63,859 nucleotides of DNA, filler included, from Collodictyon triciliatum (GCA_043381765.1; 5 parts of 5 records of this genome joined end to end with filler, not necessarily neighbours in it); one strand, 5' to 3'; numbered from the whole stretch's first letter, positions 26,205 to 44,418 are shown. The notes: generated by a model not told the origin, from the letters alone. Numbers and translations are program-made.

Positions 26205-29200
26205 ATGTTGCCTTTTATCTTGCTATTATTGGGCATTTCAATGGTGCATTGCGCAGAATTTTTCAAGATGGACGAGAATCCCTGGTCGGTTGGGTTTAAA
26301 GAATGCGACCAGCAATCAGGGTTCACAAGGCCTTCCCTTTCTTTTCCTGGAAAACATGATGCAAAGCATTATATTATGGCGTCCTTCGAGTTTTTTTAAA
26401 ACTGATATGAATCACTCAATCCTTAAAATTAAATACATTCATATCATTAAAAAAAAAAGGTGCCTTCCTTTTGTTTTTCTGCTATTCAAGAATTCTATCG
26501 ACCAACTTGGCTTCAACACATCAATTTATCTGGGTAAGATATAGGAGCCACTGACTGGGACTGTCTTACTTTCTTAAAAACACCTGAAAGTATGTCAATA
26601 CATTTCGATGTATTAGATAAGCCAATCAAAGACTCCTTTGGAACTTTTTGGCTGCCATCGAAGCCGCTTTCTATCAATCTGCAAATATCTGACATTCAAT
26701 ACAGTACGTGTTTTAATTAAATTTAGTTTATTTCTATTTTTTTTTTATTGGTTGCCCTGTTCCCATATAGTATATCTTTGTGCAAAGTGCTAGTAAAGAA
26801 GCAGCTGTTTATCAATAGAGTATGGGATTTCAAAACAAAATTCTGTGCAGAGCGCGTATGAGGATGTTCAAAAAGTTCCTCTATCGATGTATGTTTGAAA
26901 TTATTTTTGTGTATCCCTTTGTCCTAGTGTCTAATCCTGCAGTTTTCAGCTTTGCAGGTTGCCCTCAAAGTCATGTTTGCTGTCTAGATAATCAAAATGT
27001 TATTGTAAGAAAGTTGGCGAGAATACCTGCTTCTTATGATGCATACTCTTTTCAACCTGCCACAACCGTGGTAAACGAATCTGCGTATATGCGTACTCTA
27101 CAGATATAAGCAATAATTAGTTGCCATGATATTTTTATTTACATAGTTCAAACATATTTTACTCTTAAACATGCAGTACACCGCAATTGTAGCGATATCG
27201 CAGGGTGAAATATCCATCACTCAAATATTGGACCAGTCTACGACAGACATAAATATAGGGGCTGGATTCGTAAAGATAAATAATTAAAAATTATGTTTAA
27301 GTTACATGTGCGGATATTTTCTGTGAGAATATACCTTCCAGCTTTTACAATGTCATAGAAGATACTCCAATTTCCGCATGGATATGTAACATGAGTGTTT
27401 GTAGATTTCGGGAATGATATCACAAACCGACGGGTCAGAGCCAGACCTTTCACAATATTTTACTCTGCGCCGAAAAGCTGCTGAGAAATCAAAAAGTCTT
27501 TTAATCAACAAAGGATTTTTTGGAAACTCGAGAAATAAAATTGGAATACAAGAAGATGTATACTCAAGATGTAATTCACTCATTAAAAAAAAAAGTCACG
27601 TGTGTTCATACCTAATTTTGGGAATAGCTAAGATATGAATATGTTATAGGGACGAACTGTTTTGACCCTACCGGCAAGTGGGTTGACTTATTTCCGAATT
27701 CTGGGAAAGATCAGATTGCATCAACCCAGCCAAGTGACTACGAAAGTGTCATAGGGTGTTCCGAAATTTCAAACTCAGATATTTACAACCAAGTGAGAAT
27801 AATTTGACATCCACTCACGAAACGCATAAGCGATTGTTTTTGTAACCACTATGTACTTTGTAGAATATTCTTTGTAAAGGGTCATTTTCAGGGTCATTTT
27901 CCTTCCAGTTATTTACATATGGGTTTGAATTCATCAAAATGAAGGGAATAACGTCATTAAAGGTATTTATATGTACCTATCAAACTGTTGTTTTTAGTTG
28001 AGTTCATTTTGTAAAAGAAAACTTTTGTAGAGCGCGTCTACAACTCCTGTTGACTCCTCTTCTGGTTATGTGATTTTTGGTAGTATTTTTTCAGACACAC
28101 TTTTTAATGTTGTCAATAAAATTAAGTGATGAAAAATACAGCTTTTCTTTTTTCAAATACAGGGATTTACCCATCCAAGGTCTCGTTAACTATTAACAGC
28201 TGTTATCTAACTGCCAGCGTTGATAGTGAAAGATTCAAAGTAGTAACAAAAAAAATAAGAACACTCTTTATGAAAGATTATTGGTACCCATCTCAATTAC
28301 TTAATATGTCACATTTTAGGATTTTGTCATACCGCCTCATGCAGTATACCTTGTTGGTGAAAAGAAAACAACAGAATTACAGTATTACTTGAACGGCATG
28401 GTAAGACGCTAGATTTTATTTATTTTTTTCAAAAACTTTCCACTGTTTCACCGAAATTACTTTGCAAAATGGCCTTTTTAAATAATTGAAAATTTTTGAT
28501 GCATATTTCTCGCTACCTTTCAAAAGTATTTTTGGAACTCGGTCGGTACTTGTACTTTTCAAACAACTTCAGATGACTCGAAAAGCTCTCCAGTAAAAAT
28601 ACCGTTCGATTTTACCATCTCCCCAGAGTTAGCGAATGGAAATTTCGTTGTTAAAAGTGTGTTTATGGTCTCATTTATAGTTTGAATAGCAAATATTTAT
28701 AAAATAAAATATAGGTACATCTCAATGCAATAAACCATTTAAAATTGTCCGCAGCCATTCCGATGTGATCGAGTGCTCCTACCCATGTACCATAGACCAA
28801 GTAATTTAATACTTGAATGTCCACTTTCAAAATAGTTCTCTAAAGTGTTTTTTTTCTCTTAAAAGGTCTTTGACAGAAGCACCTCAATTTGTAGACGCGT
28901 TGATTGTAAAATAAAATATCGCGGGACTAAGGATATCTACAATACAACGACGGGCTTATGTGAGGCAAAGGCAATTTGCTCTCCATTCCAGGTTATATAT
29001 CTCAATCAAGTGTGAATCATTGAGTGACCGAACAATTGCAAATAGAATCTGAGGGATTTAAAGATGATTTTGATTTTAGAAATATGACCCGATTCGAAAC
29101 GTATGCACAAACATGCCAAGTGTAAACTATACAAATTGTGTGGATTCCAGTGGGAGACCTTGCCAGAGTTTTTCCAACTCAAGAACTCACGCAAAATATA

Positions 29201-29997
29201 TTGTAATTTTTTTTTAAAAAGAATTCATACGGGTTTTTTTAATCGAGGTTCTAATAGGAATGCAATCATGGATATCCCGATTCAGGCCATGAATCATGTA
29301 TTTGTGACGATGGATTTACAACAGAGCCGAATCAGGACCCCTTCAATATGGTCTGGTGCAATCAAACATCATCAACGCGTAATTTGGACGGCTACCATCA
29401 CACAAAGGACGAGAATTTCTTATTGGTGCGTCTTAAATGATGTTACGAAGGATACAGCCGCTCTATTTGTTTCTTAAATTCCCATCGAATAGAAAGAAAA
29501 TAATTTGTCAAAATATTTTGCATGGTCTTTTATTATGCGAATATGAAAACTTTCATCTGACTATGGGACACCACAATACGGAACAGAAAAACACATGGTT
29601 TTATATTTTCTGCACAGCTTCTTTCATCTTCCTCTGCTGCATCGGTTGCTGCTGCAGGGTTTTGTATAAGAGGTCTGTTGTGGGCCACCCTTCGTCACAT
29701 GGGCATCTACAGTTGCACATCTTAGCCGTAACCATTTTTGCATGAGAAAGTACCATCGCTAATGTGTGCCACAATGGCCAGATGCAAATCCAAGAGGAAC
29801 ACAAGAGTGAACCAGGCCTCGAGCAGCAAAGGGCAGAAAGGAAGGCTCATGTTTGGATGCTGCCTCTTCTCAAAGCCAGAGACCAGCAAGCCGCCCGAGC
29901 CTTTCACCTTTGCCTGAACAACCGCCACAATCGAGCGACTCTCGCACGAAAGACACATCCCGGCACGTCAATAAACACCCTCCGCCGCCCACCCTAA
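26205..29997 (+). CDS. Multi-exon secreted / type I membrane Cys-rich protein with EGF-like module
   Basis: Signal peptide MLPFILLLLGISMVHCA. Cys-rich exons (CRRVDCKIKYRG...TGLCEAKAICSPFQKYDPIRNVC) and EGF-like ECNHG...CICDDGF. Candidate TM/Cys-rich tail SFIFLCCIGCCC. Several splice sites and the 3' end are uncertain. Confidence 0.6.
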
Positions 29998-30662
29998 ACA
30001 CCAAAACCGCTTCGTGAATTCGGCTGTTGTGTTTGTGGCCTGTGCATCACATAACCGGACAAAAAAGGAATCACCAAATGTGGACGCATTCACCGCATAC
30101 GACACAAGCTGCGAACCATTTGGGCTTTCCTTCTCAGTGTTTTGCCGTCCAAACGTGCGTCTTTGCTGGGGTTTCAGCGTGCCAATTGGCCCACTCGACC
30201 GCCCGCACAGCGCGTTCCCTCTGCAGACTCCCCTTCCAGAGCAAAAACGTAGCACCCCGTCCCGAACAGCGGTTGCCTCTGCCACTTTCTCCTCTCCACG
30301 CCCTTACTCTTTTTTTCCCTCCTTTTTTTTTTNNNNNNNNNNNNNNNNNNNNNNNNNNNNNNNNNNNNNNNNNNNNNNNNNNNNNNNNNNNNNNNNNNNN
30401 NNNNNNNNNNNNNNNNNNNNNNNNNNNNNNNNNNNNNNNNNNNNNNNNNNNNNTTTTTTTTTTTTTTTTGCATTTTTGCATTTTTTTTTTACTTTGCGTG
30501 CTATTTTCGATCCTTCGTGCAGCCTCCAACCCGCACAAGGGCAGACCGCTCACACCCTCGCCTTGGAAGTCGTTCAGAGGGCCCCGCTCTCTATTCTTGC
30601 TCCTTCTGCTGCGCACTCAACCCAGCTTTACAACCAGACAGGCTCGTGAATCGCCGCCTCCG

Positions 30663-34861
<4,199 letters not shown>

Positions 34862-37696
34862 ACTGTACTGCACAGCACAATTCTCAACCTCAATAGCCTA
34901 AATTGAAGCCCTTCTTTATCTTTCTCTTCTTTCATTACTTTATCTGTCATTCTTTTCGCTTTTTTCCCCCTCCTTTGATTTTTCAAGCGCTTCACAAGAC
35001 ACACGTGGGAAAGAAAAGGAAAAAGGCAAATATCGTTTCAGAGCCCTTAAATCCTTTCCTTTATTCAGAATAATTCATTCAATATTTTTGAACGTCTGTC
35101 TAGTCAGCATTCCTTTTGCCATGCTGTGCGCTGCCCTCTCTTTCTGATGAATGAATCCCCCCCTTTCTCTCTCTTTTTTTTTTATACTTATTTACTTCGA
35201 TTATTTCCTGGATGTTCGTTGGTTGTTTGTCAGAGATAGCTATTAGTAACACCTTAAACCACACCCTGTTCTATCTCAATACGAGAGAATAAAAGACAAT
35301 AGCAAAATAAAAAAAAAAAACAGATAAATAAAAAGAGCAGAGACGAAAGATGGCTGTCTGGCTAATGAATCATTTCCCATTTAAAAAGGTTTTTTTTTAT
35401 TCTTCTTCCTTACAATATGTCGGCTGTATCAAGAGGAGTATGGGAGGCTTTAGCATTGATTTGCTAGTCTCCGTCTGCATATACACTGCCTTATATCTGT
35501 GGCGGAGAAACAGTTAGTTTTCGGGAATTGCATGCTGCGCTTTGGCCTGAAGTGTGGTTCTTGAGTCTTGCTATGCGCAGACATATGCGCGCTACCCGCA
35601 CGGTCTATAGGAGATGGCCTCGCACGACCGTCCAGATAGTCTCCCACACCAAACTTCATATACCTGTAGTATCAGATTATACAAAAGAAAAGAGCAAGGA
35701 ACACATGCACAAGAGATGGCAAATCAGTCGGGTAAGGACGGATGTTGATATCATAGGAATGAGAGTGCTTTTGTGAAAATCATGCGGCAAATCGCAACAA
35801 CCCGAGCAAAACGAATCATTTACACTAACACCACAATCAGAAGAGACTGAACAAATATTGTGGGCTAGATAATAATAAAGTGAAAACCAAATGAAAAGGT
35901 ACAAGAACTGTGATGACATGGCTGTTATAGCAAGCATGAGATATTTGAAGTGGGAAATTCCTTGGTGCCCAGCTAAAAAGGAAGAACGTGTGGGGGTTTT
36001 CGTGCATCTGTATCGCATTTCCCAAAGACAAAATCCAATTAGAACCCCATACCTCTAGTTCAGCTTGCCCATGTACTTCAAATGTATTTGTGGATGTCAT
36101 TGTGTTTTGGGACCGAGGAGTTTTGGAAAATTGTGTTGGAGAAAGGGCACAAATCAAAGAAATTAGCAAAATGCAGACTGCGTGCATGATGATATCAAAA
36201 GCATATGTCGTCATATTGAGAGTGCACTCACGGCATGTATGGCATGGGCGCTGAGCCAAAGTGTACATACACAAGTGTCTTGGTAACAAAATCAAAGGTT
36301 GTTGAAACTGAAAAAGTAGCTGTCTCTTTTTCTCAAAGAAATTTATTAAAATCCGTGATATATGCCACAAGATTGTTCTATTTGGCCTCTCCCATCCCAA
36401 TCCCTCATTTACAACTTTAATTTCTGCATCGCCATCTTCCCACTTGCTGTCTTCTCTTTTGCTTCCCTCATCTAGGCCTCTGCCTTACCTATTCATCTCT
36501 CTTATCTCCCATGAGTATCTCAATTTTATTTTATTGCTATTCCCTCTGCTTCTTCCTCAACTGTATTTACCCACGAAACATTCCTTCACCACACCTAAAT
36601 CATCTTATTCTTTTGATTTGATATTCTAAGATTTCATTTCTCCCATCACAAGTAACAGTTTCTCATCAATACGCGTACTTTGCAATCACTCTTATCACAA
36701 TCACATGCCTCTGCTATGCCGTGGTGAATGCGGCCCTGGTTGGCGCAATCATCATCCTATACAATGTCATTAGCGTTTCTTTGCTGGTATATATAGAAGA
36801 TGATTTCCCCTTCTTTCAACTCCATTACGATACTCTCACATTTCCGAATATATCCGAAGTATCCTCGCCACCATTTCGTGGTTTATTCTCATCTATTTTG
36901 TGTCCTATTAGATACCGACAATCTCTACAAATGAGGTCTTCCTTGTAAAGGTGCAGCCGCATGTCATCATGTCATACCATCCTGCATACTTTTAAAACGA
37001 TTTCTTTGCAGCACTCTAGAATTATAGTGGTACTCTTGAATCGTGAAATTCTGGCTATCATGTACACAGACATGTCATATTCCAATCTTTCTTGCTGGAG
37101 GTCTCCAAGACATAATCTTATTGCATCATATCACGAATTCATTCAAAATCATACGTAGAATCTTCGCTCCATTTTTTCACTTTGGCGTAGATTGGCGCGT
37201 CTTGTTTATTTAATACTTTTCTGATCATTCGGAGTAAATAAAATAATCAATCCAGCTACTACCCATAGGCTTATGATTAATACAGATTGACTGCATGCGG
37301 GAAATCATGCAGACAAATTCAAGGCTGGGCCATAGCAGTGATTGATGCTGGCGATGTTGGAGTTGGAAGGTCTTTGTTTGGTTGATTGTTTGTTGGGTTG
37401 TCTATTTGTGGAGTTTAGAACTATCTCACCATGTATACACGCTGAGTATCTAATGGTTGCTTGCTTGTGTCAGATATCTTGCTGATGTAACACCTCGTAT
37501 TCCAGTCAGCTCTCATGGCGAAAATTATGATATCAATTCAGTCTGCAAGACATATGAGTACGCGTAGTGGTCATTGTGTCTTGAAAATGATGAGAACTGG
37601 TACTTTATGAGAATGTCTGAAGACGACGAGTCACGGAGATTTGCTCATAAAAGTTGCTCCAAAAAGTGGCGATGTCGAGACCCTAAAAGACGATAA

Positions 37697-37799
37697 CAAA
37701 CACAAAACACAAAACACAAAACACAAAACACAAAACACAAAACACAAAACACAAAACACAAAACACAAAACACAAAACACAAAACACAAAACACAAAAC
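37697..37799. repeat. (AAAACAC)n repeat at scaffold end
   Basis: Visible. Confidence 0.9.
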
Positions 37800-37899
37800 N
37801 NNNNNNNNNNNNNNNNNNNNNNNNNNNNNNNNNNNNNNNNNNNTTAATTAATTAANNNNNNNNNNNNNNNNNNNNNNNNNNNNNNNNNNNNNNNNNNNN
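37800..37899. other. Artificial scaffold-join spacer
   Basis: N-TTAATTAATTAA-N. Confidence 0.97.
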
Positions 37900-38060
37900 A
37901 GAAACAAAGAAACAAAGAAACAAAGAAACAAAGAAACAAAGAAACAAAGAAACAAAGAAACAAAGAAACAAAGAAACAAAGAAACAAAGAAACAAAGAAA
38001 CAAAGAAACAAAGAAACAAAGAAACAAAGAAACAAAGAAACAAAGAAACAAAGAAACAAA
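37900..38060. repeat. (GAAACAAA)n repeat at scaffold start
   Basis: Visible. Confidence 0.9.
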
Positions 38061-38131
38061 CAACGATGGCAGTTGACATGCCTTAAACAATAGTTTAACC
38101 ATGACACTTACTTTACAGTCTTAACTTATAG

Positions 38132-38531
38132 TGGGTCTTTGTCCCTGCCTGCACTTCCAAATTCACATATGCGTGTCTCTGGGAATGCAACAATATCCCA
38201 CATGAAAAAAATGCTCAAGATAAAACTGAATTTAGAACAAAATGTTGATGTAGGGATTACTCTTTTCAAACACTTTCGCCATTTCGATGTAAGAAACCAT
38301 GGTTATCTGATTACATATCTCAAACAAGTCCTTTCTATCTCTTCGCTATTCCTTGCTCTCTCTCTTGTCCTCTTCCTCTTTTCGTTGAACTATTAGGTGG
38401 ACATCCTGTGCAAGGACGAGATTCTTGGTTCAGAGCACTCCTTGGAATATATAAAGAAAACTCGTTGGTCAAGGCCGGACGACCTCATTCTTAAATATCG
38501 CCGAGCTAATGGTCCTTCTTCTCATTCCTAA
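38132..38531 (+). CDS. PCGF: 3' exons of a Polycomb group RING finger (PCGF/BMI1-like) protein, RAWUL domain; 5' partial
   Basis: Two exons give LPALPNSHMRVSGNATISHMKKMLKIKLNLEQNVD|VDILCKDEILGSEHSLEYIKKTRWSRPDDLILKYR, matching the PCGF RAWUL pattern. RING exons are off-scaffold. Confidence 0.75.
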
Positions 38532-39003
38532 GCGTGAATACTGTTTTGAACTATATATTTTTTTTTATCCACCTACCTTCTCATTTTTCTTGGCTTCTTT
38601 GACTCTCTTTCGCCCCATTAAAATGCATCCTTCAAATAAACACCACTGAACAACTTTTTTTCTGTTAAATATATAATCAGTGCGCCATGAATCGTTATCT
38701 TTATCTAATTGATATTAGCACTCGTTGTATGGTGCTATTCTTGTTACTTGATTGAACAATATCATGAAATATCAAAGAGCACACAAAGAAGTGACGTTTG
38801 ATAAGGAAATCTCAAAAAAAATGCATCCTTTCAGACATGTATTAGGGTTAAGATTTGCGTCGAGAGCAAAATATAATTATCTTATTTTCTTTTGCTAATC
38901 AAACTGCAATTTATTCAATACCGCGACCAATATTTTTTTCTCTGTTGTGTTCAGTTTGATGAATCAAGTTTGTTCGTTTCAGTTGTTCCGTTTGTCTGTT
39001 CTT

Positions 39004-42000
39004 TCAAGCCTTTTTCTTTGTGGTTGGAGAAGGAGGGAAGGGTTTTTGTTCGGCCTCCTATGAGAAGAAAAGTCGTTCTTGAACCAATAAAACATACAAC
39101 AAGGAGGATTATCCGCATCATTATGAATAAAGAGCGTGAAAACAGTGCGAAGTGAAATATAAATGTTGACCAGAAATCAGACGAAATGGAAAAAAAGAGC
39201 CTGAATCACGAAACTTGGAAAAACTCATAGAAATGAACATATAAAATAGAGATTAACGAATTCTTTCCGTTTTACTTACCGGTCTTTTTGATATGATATT
39301 CTTTCTGAAGTCATCCAAGAATTCGTTTGCCTGTTCATACGAATGATTTGAATGAGATATTGGTCATGCTTTTTTCCTTGTTTTTTTTTTTTTGCCTTGG
39401 AATTATTGTGCATACTATTCAATATATATATGTTGTTGTTGATCTGTGTTTCATTAGTAATACAACTTACAAGGCGCTCTGTTTCGTCGGTGAGAGTGGA
39501 AACCTATCATTTTATCAATGAGTTGGTTGTTCTATCATGTGGCCTTTTATTTGAAAAGTAATTATATATCTTCTGGAGGATAGATAAATGTAGTAAGAAA
39601 ACAACAACCTGGAAAAGTGTGATTACCTTTTCCCTACGATTTTCGTCCTTTTTGTAATCATAGTCTTCGAAAAGTTTCTATAAACAATCGCTTATGAGTG
39701 ATAATGCTAGAGAAACATATTTATGTACAAAATATAGGGAAAAAGGTATAATTAAAAAAGAGAAAATATCTCACGGTCGATTCAATCTATGAAGAAAAAT
39801 AATTATCAAACATACAAACAGGGTTTTTTGATTTTTTTTTTTGTATGTATGTATATATTTACGTATCTGTGACAAACCTCTGCATGGTGCACCGCATCCA
39901 GCACAGTTTCTCGGATTTTATTGTTTACTCTTTCATAAATGACCTGCATCCTTTCCAATTCCATTTCACAAGATGTTGCGATTGCTCCTGCGTATATACG
40001 AAGAGCCTCTACAAGGTAATAGATTGAAATCAATATAAGACAAAAATCATGATTAAAAATAGAACTTTATGAATTTGATGAAAGAAAACAAGACCTGGTT
40101 GTACTTTCACAACGTCTTGCAAGTGTACAGTCTTTGTTATCAATATGGTTACATCATAAAAACCGATTTTAGAATAATTTCNNNNNNNNNNNNNNNNNNN
40201 NNNNNNNNNNNNNNNNNNNNNNNNNNNNNNNNNNNNNNNNNNNNNNNNNNNNNNNNNNNNNNNNNNNNNNNNNNNNNNNNNNNNNNNNNNNNNNNNNNNN
40301 NNNNNNNNNNNNNNNNNNNNNNNNNNNNNNNNNNNNNNNNNNNNNNNNNNNNNNNNNNNNNNNNNNNNNNNNNNNNNNNNNNNNNNNNNNNNNNNNNNNN
40401 NNNNNNNNNNNNNNNNNNNNNNNNNNNNNNNNNNNNNNNNNNNNNNNNNNNNNNNNNNNNNNNNNNNNNNNNNNNNNNNNNNNNNNNNNNNNNNNNNNNN
40501 NNNNNNNNNNNNNNNNNNNNNNNNNNNNNNNNNNNNNNNNNNNNNNNNNNNNNNNNNNNNNNNNNNNNNNNNNNNNNNNNNNNNNNNNNNNNNNNNNNNN
40601 NNNNNNNNNNNNNNNNNNNNNNNNNNNNNNNNNNNNNNNNNNNNNNNNNNNNNNNNNNNNNNNNNNNNNNNNNNNNNNNNNNNNNNNNNNNNNNNNNNNN
40701 NNNNNNNNNNNNNNTATGCCTTGGATTGCTCAAGTTTTTCGACGACGTTATCGTAGAGCTCTTCTAATCTGGCATAGTCTTGGTCTGCTCGCTTTCGGAA
40801 CTCCAGAAGCTTTTCCTGATTCTGCTTTCGCTGTTCCTCGACCATCCTGTCGCTGACCTGTGTTCGTGTGTGGAGGATATTAATAAAGGCTTTGTGCATG
40901 TATTGACTTACTCGCGAATGTGCCAGTTCATATGGGAATGTCTGAAATACATAATCACGCTTGAAAGTTGTATGAATCCTTGTACGGACGTTTTATACTC
41001 ACAATCTGGGCATGCTCAATAGGAGTGGTTTTCACAGCACCAGCAATAACCTCGTCTCTGGCCAATCCGCTCACAACTCGATGATATTTGTCAAAGAGGT
41101 TCTATTTTGAATTACATTTATCAGCTATTACTACTTTTGTGGTAATTAGTTGGCAGTTTAATTCACATTTATAAGGGCATGTTTTTTTCTTCTCTCCCTT
41201 TCAATATGGAAAAAAAATTGTACCGTAATGATCAACTGAAATAACTGCTTGGAAAGGGGAAAATTAAACAAGATAGAGATGTACGAATCAAATTCTTACT
41301 CCCCATTCCTCCTCCAAGTTATCGGTGTTACTGCATTTCGAGACAAAATCTTCCATTCGAGTGAGAAATTCTATGCAAAAATAACGTCCAGAATGATTGA
41401 TGTTCTTGTCAAAGAGCTTTCAAAGGCTTCTGTTATGATATTTGCTACATTTTTTTCCCTCCCATGACATGATTTCTTGAGGGTTAGACTATAAGATGCA
41501 GAACGGAATATGACCTTTAAGAATAGTTGTTGTATTGCGAGTTGACTCGTCATAGTATTCTGAGTATTTAGAGCCGAACGTGCGATGGGCAAAATCCTAT
41601 GGAAAAGACCAGGTCGTATGAAGCGATGAAGAAAAGAAAACAAAGGATGTGAAATTCAAGTGTGGAAAAAGAGGAAAAGAAAAACTCACCAAGAATTCCT
41701 TTTCGTACTTTGATGCTTCATGGCCAACAGAATGGCCCTTCAGGACATGCCATCCGGCCCAAATGCTGGTCCAGTGAGCCTTTTCCAGAAGCTCAGTCTC
41801 TAGAATGGTCTTGGGGCTGGCTTCCTCAGCAAATCTTTATGATTCAATACAATTGTTATGTTAGCTGGTAAGCCAGAAGAATGTCTTGTGGTCAAATAGA
41901 CCATTACAATACAATACAATACAATACAATACAATACAATACAATACAATACAATACAATACAATACAATACAATACAATACAATACAATACAATACAAT

Positions 42001-44356
42001 ACAATACAATACAATACAATAAACAGAAAGTAGGGCGATGTGAAATGAACAATATTAAATCCACCTCAATAAGGGAACAAAAATAAAAGAGACAAACTTT
42101 TCGACATAGACGATTTTAGCCAATTGAAGGCCCTTTTGGCACTCCTCGGATGCGACAACTTCCCACGATGACTTTATAATAATCGGTCTTCGCAGGTTGA
42201 TCGAGTTGATGTACTTATCAGTCAGGCTCAAAAACACTGCACGAATTAGGTAGAGCACGATGGTATTAATACTAATTAAAAAAATCCAAAAGAAGACCAA
42301 TTTTAATCCCAGAATTTATTTTTTTAAAATTTGACAAAAGTTCTCTTTTGAAGCATTTTGATTTGAACTAATCTTTTCATTTATTTATTTAATTTTTTTT
42401 TTTTAAAAAAAAACAATTTGATTTTCACCCACTCGAGCCAGATAATGCGTGCCCGTACAATGTCTTTGGACGCAAGGAAGCATACACTTTCTTTCGAATG
42501 ACCTGAAGGTCACCCAAAAAGTTCTCCTGTCCGGCTCCATCAGCAGAGGCATATGCCTCAGGAGCGATATTGAGGGCGGTGCGCGCAGTGAGACAATCAC
42601 GGTCTCCAAAGAACTGCACAATGTTGTTCCTCACCGTGTTCTTTGCTATAATTGCCGGCGTGCTTCCCTAGGGGACAAAGAAAGCTTAAAGTCATCATTG
42701 AATTAGGGATAAATAGGAGGGTAAATAGTAGAAAAGGAGAGAAGGAGAGAAGGAGAGAAGGAGAGAAGGAGAGAAGGAGAGAAGGAGAGAAGGAGAGAAG
42801 GAGAGAAGGAGAGAAGGAGAGAAGGAGAGAAGNNNNNNNNNNNNNNNNNNNNNNNNNNNNNNNNNNNNNNNNNNNNNNNNNNNNNNNNNNNNNNNNNNNN
42901 NNNNNNNNNNNNNNNNNNNNNNNNNNNNNNNNAAAAGAGAAAAAGAGAAAAAGAGAAAAAGAGAAAAAGAGAAAAAGAGAAAAAGAGAAAAAGAGAAAAA
43001 GAGAAAAAGAGAAAAAGAGAAAAAGAGAAAAGGAGAAAAGGAGAAAAGGAGAAATAAAGAGGAAAAGAAGAGAACGAGTTACAGAGATGGATAGGTTGGC
43101 TTTGTGATAGAATCATGCGGTATGTATGAATATCAGGACATTATCATTTTCGCGATTGGTGTGCTAATCGAGCTACACTTACACGCACTGGGACCAAACT
43201 TCCTTCCATGTACTCTTTGGCAGAAATGCTTTTCCCAGAGACTTTGAGCTCCCCAGTAAAGTCACGAACAAGCCAAAGGAATGTAGGGAAGAATATTTTG
43301 AGATCGTATTTGTCACCAGTGGTGCTTTCTTGAGACTTTGCAATCTCAGAGAGCTTTCCCACAAAACTAAGAGGCAGAAGGTTGGCGTGAGTCGTTATTT
43401 CGTTTCTTGATTACGATATTCTGGTCGGTATGGTGTTTTTTTTTTCCATATTGAAATACAGGAATCCAGCCCCAAAATAAAATCCTATAGATTAAAACTG
43501 ATTACTTTAGTCTCTCGACAGCAGCCTCGTCTATGGATTTTTGGTCGTTGTAAATAAAGTACGAGCCCAACAAAAGAGAAAGTGTAAAAATATTGACAAA
43601 GTATCCGTCAATATTTCCTCCTTCGGCCAATGGAATTCCCTAGCGATGCAGTTTTCCATAACTAACAGCTCATGCGTATGTGTGTATATTCTGATTACAC
43701 AGATAACATCATCGCCTAGCTGTGTATTTGAATAATACCTCAGAGTCTAAAATAACCAGCTTTGTGTTTTCTGGCATATGCTCTCTCACTACTGGGGATT
43801 CTGAGCCATCCAGAATCCAAAGCCAAATACCCTTAAAATTAAAGTAAACGAATAAACACGAATAAAGAAAAAAAAGTAAACAAATATATAAAACAAGTAA
43901 ATAGATAATAATTAGCTAAATAAACTGCAAAAAACGATAATGATCTGAATTATACTTGTGTGCATGCGCTGTCGTCAGAGGCAACTGGAAACCCTTCAGA
44001 GACGCCAAGGATCTTGTTCAAGAGAAAGCTTTTTCCAGACGATTGAAACCCGGCGATGGAAAGCACCTATTTCGATCCATTCAAAGGAATATATTCAAGG
44101 CTTGAAAGCAGCCAAATTACCCTAATTGCTAACCACTTTTTCACAAAAACATGATAAGGAGGAGAAAGAAAGAGAAAAAATGAAAGAAAAAGAAAAAGAA
44201 AAAGAAAAAGAAAAGAAAAGAAAAGAAAGATGGTTTGTTGGATCGACTCACGCAAACGGGCGTGTCGATGCTTTGAAGCTGTGCAGCTGCTTCAGAGGTG
44301 ACCTGCAAACTGCCCGAGGCCTGGTCCACTTGCACGAAGGGAATCGGTCTGCTCAT
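39004..44356 (-). CDS. Guanylate-binding protein (GBP/atlastin-family large GTPase), multi-exon, with internal gap
   Basis: G1 IAGFQSSGKSFLLN, G2 CTQGIW, G3 ILDSEG, IFTLSLLLGSYFIYN, FPTFLWLVRDF, KYINSIN, then a helical C-terminus. No TM or CaaX seen at the predicted end (..TTKKKA*). Confidence 0.85.
41905..42020. repeat. (ACAAT)n intronic repeat
   Basis: Visible. Confidence 0.95.
42733..43050. repeat. (GGAGAGAA)n / (AGAGAAAA)n intronic repeat spanning a gap
   Basis: Visible. Confidence 0.9.
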
Positions 44357-44418
44357 TTCTTATCCAACAATCGCTGGCAGCAGAGTACGGCAGACATTCA
44401 GTTCGAGTGGTATTTTAA

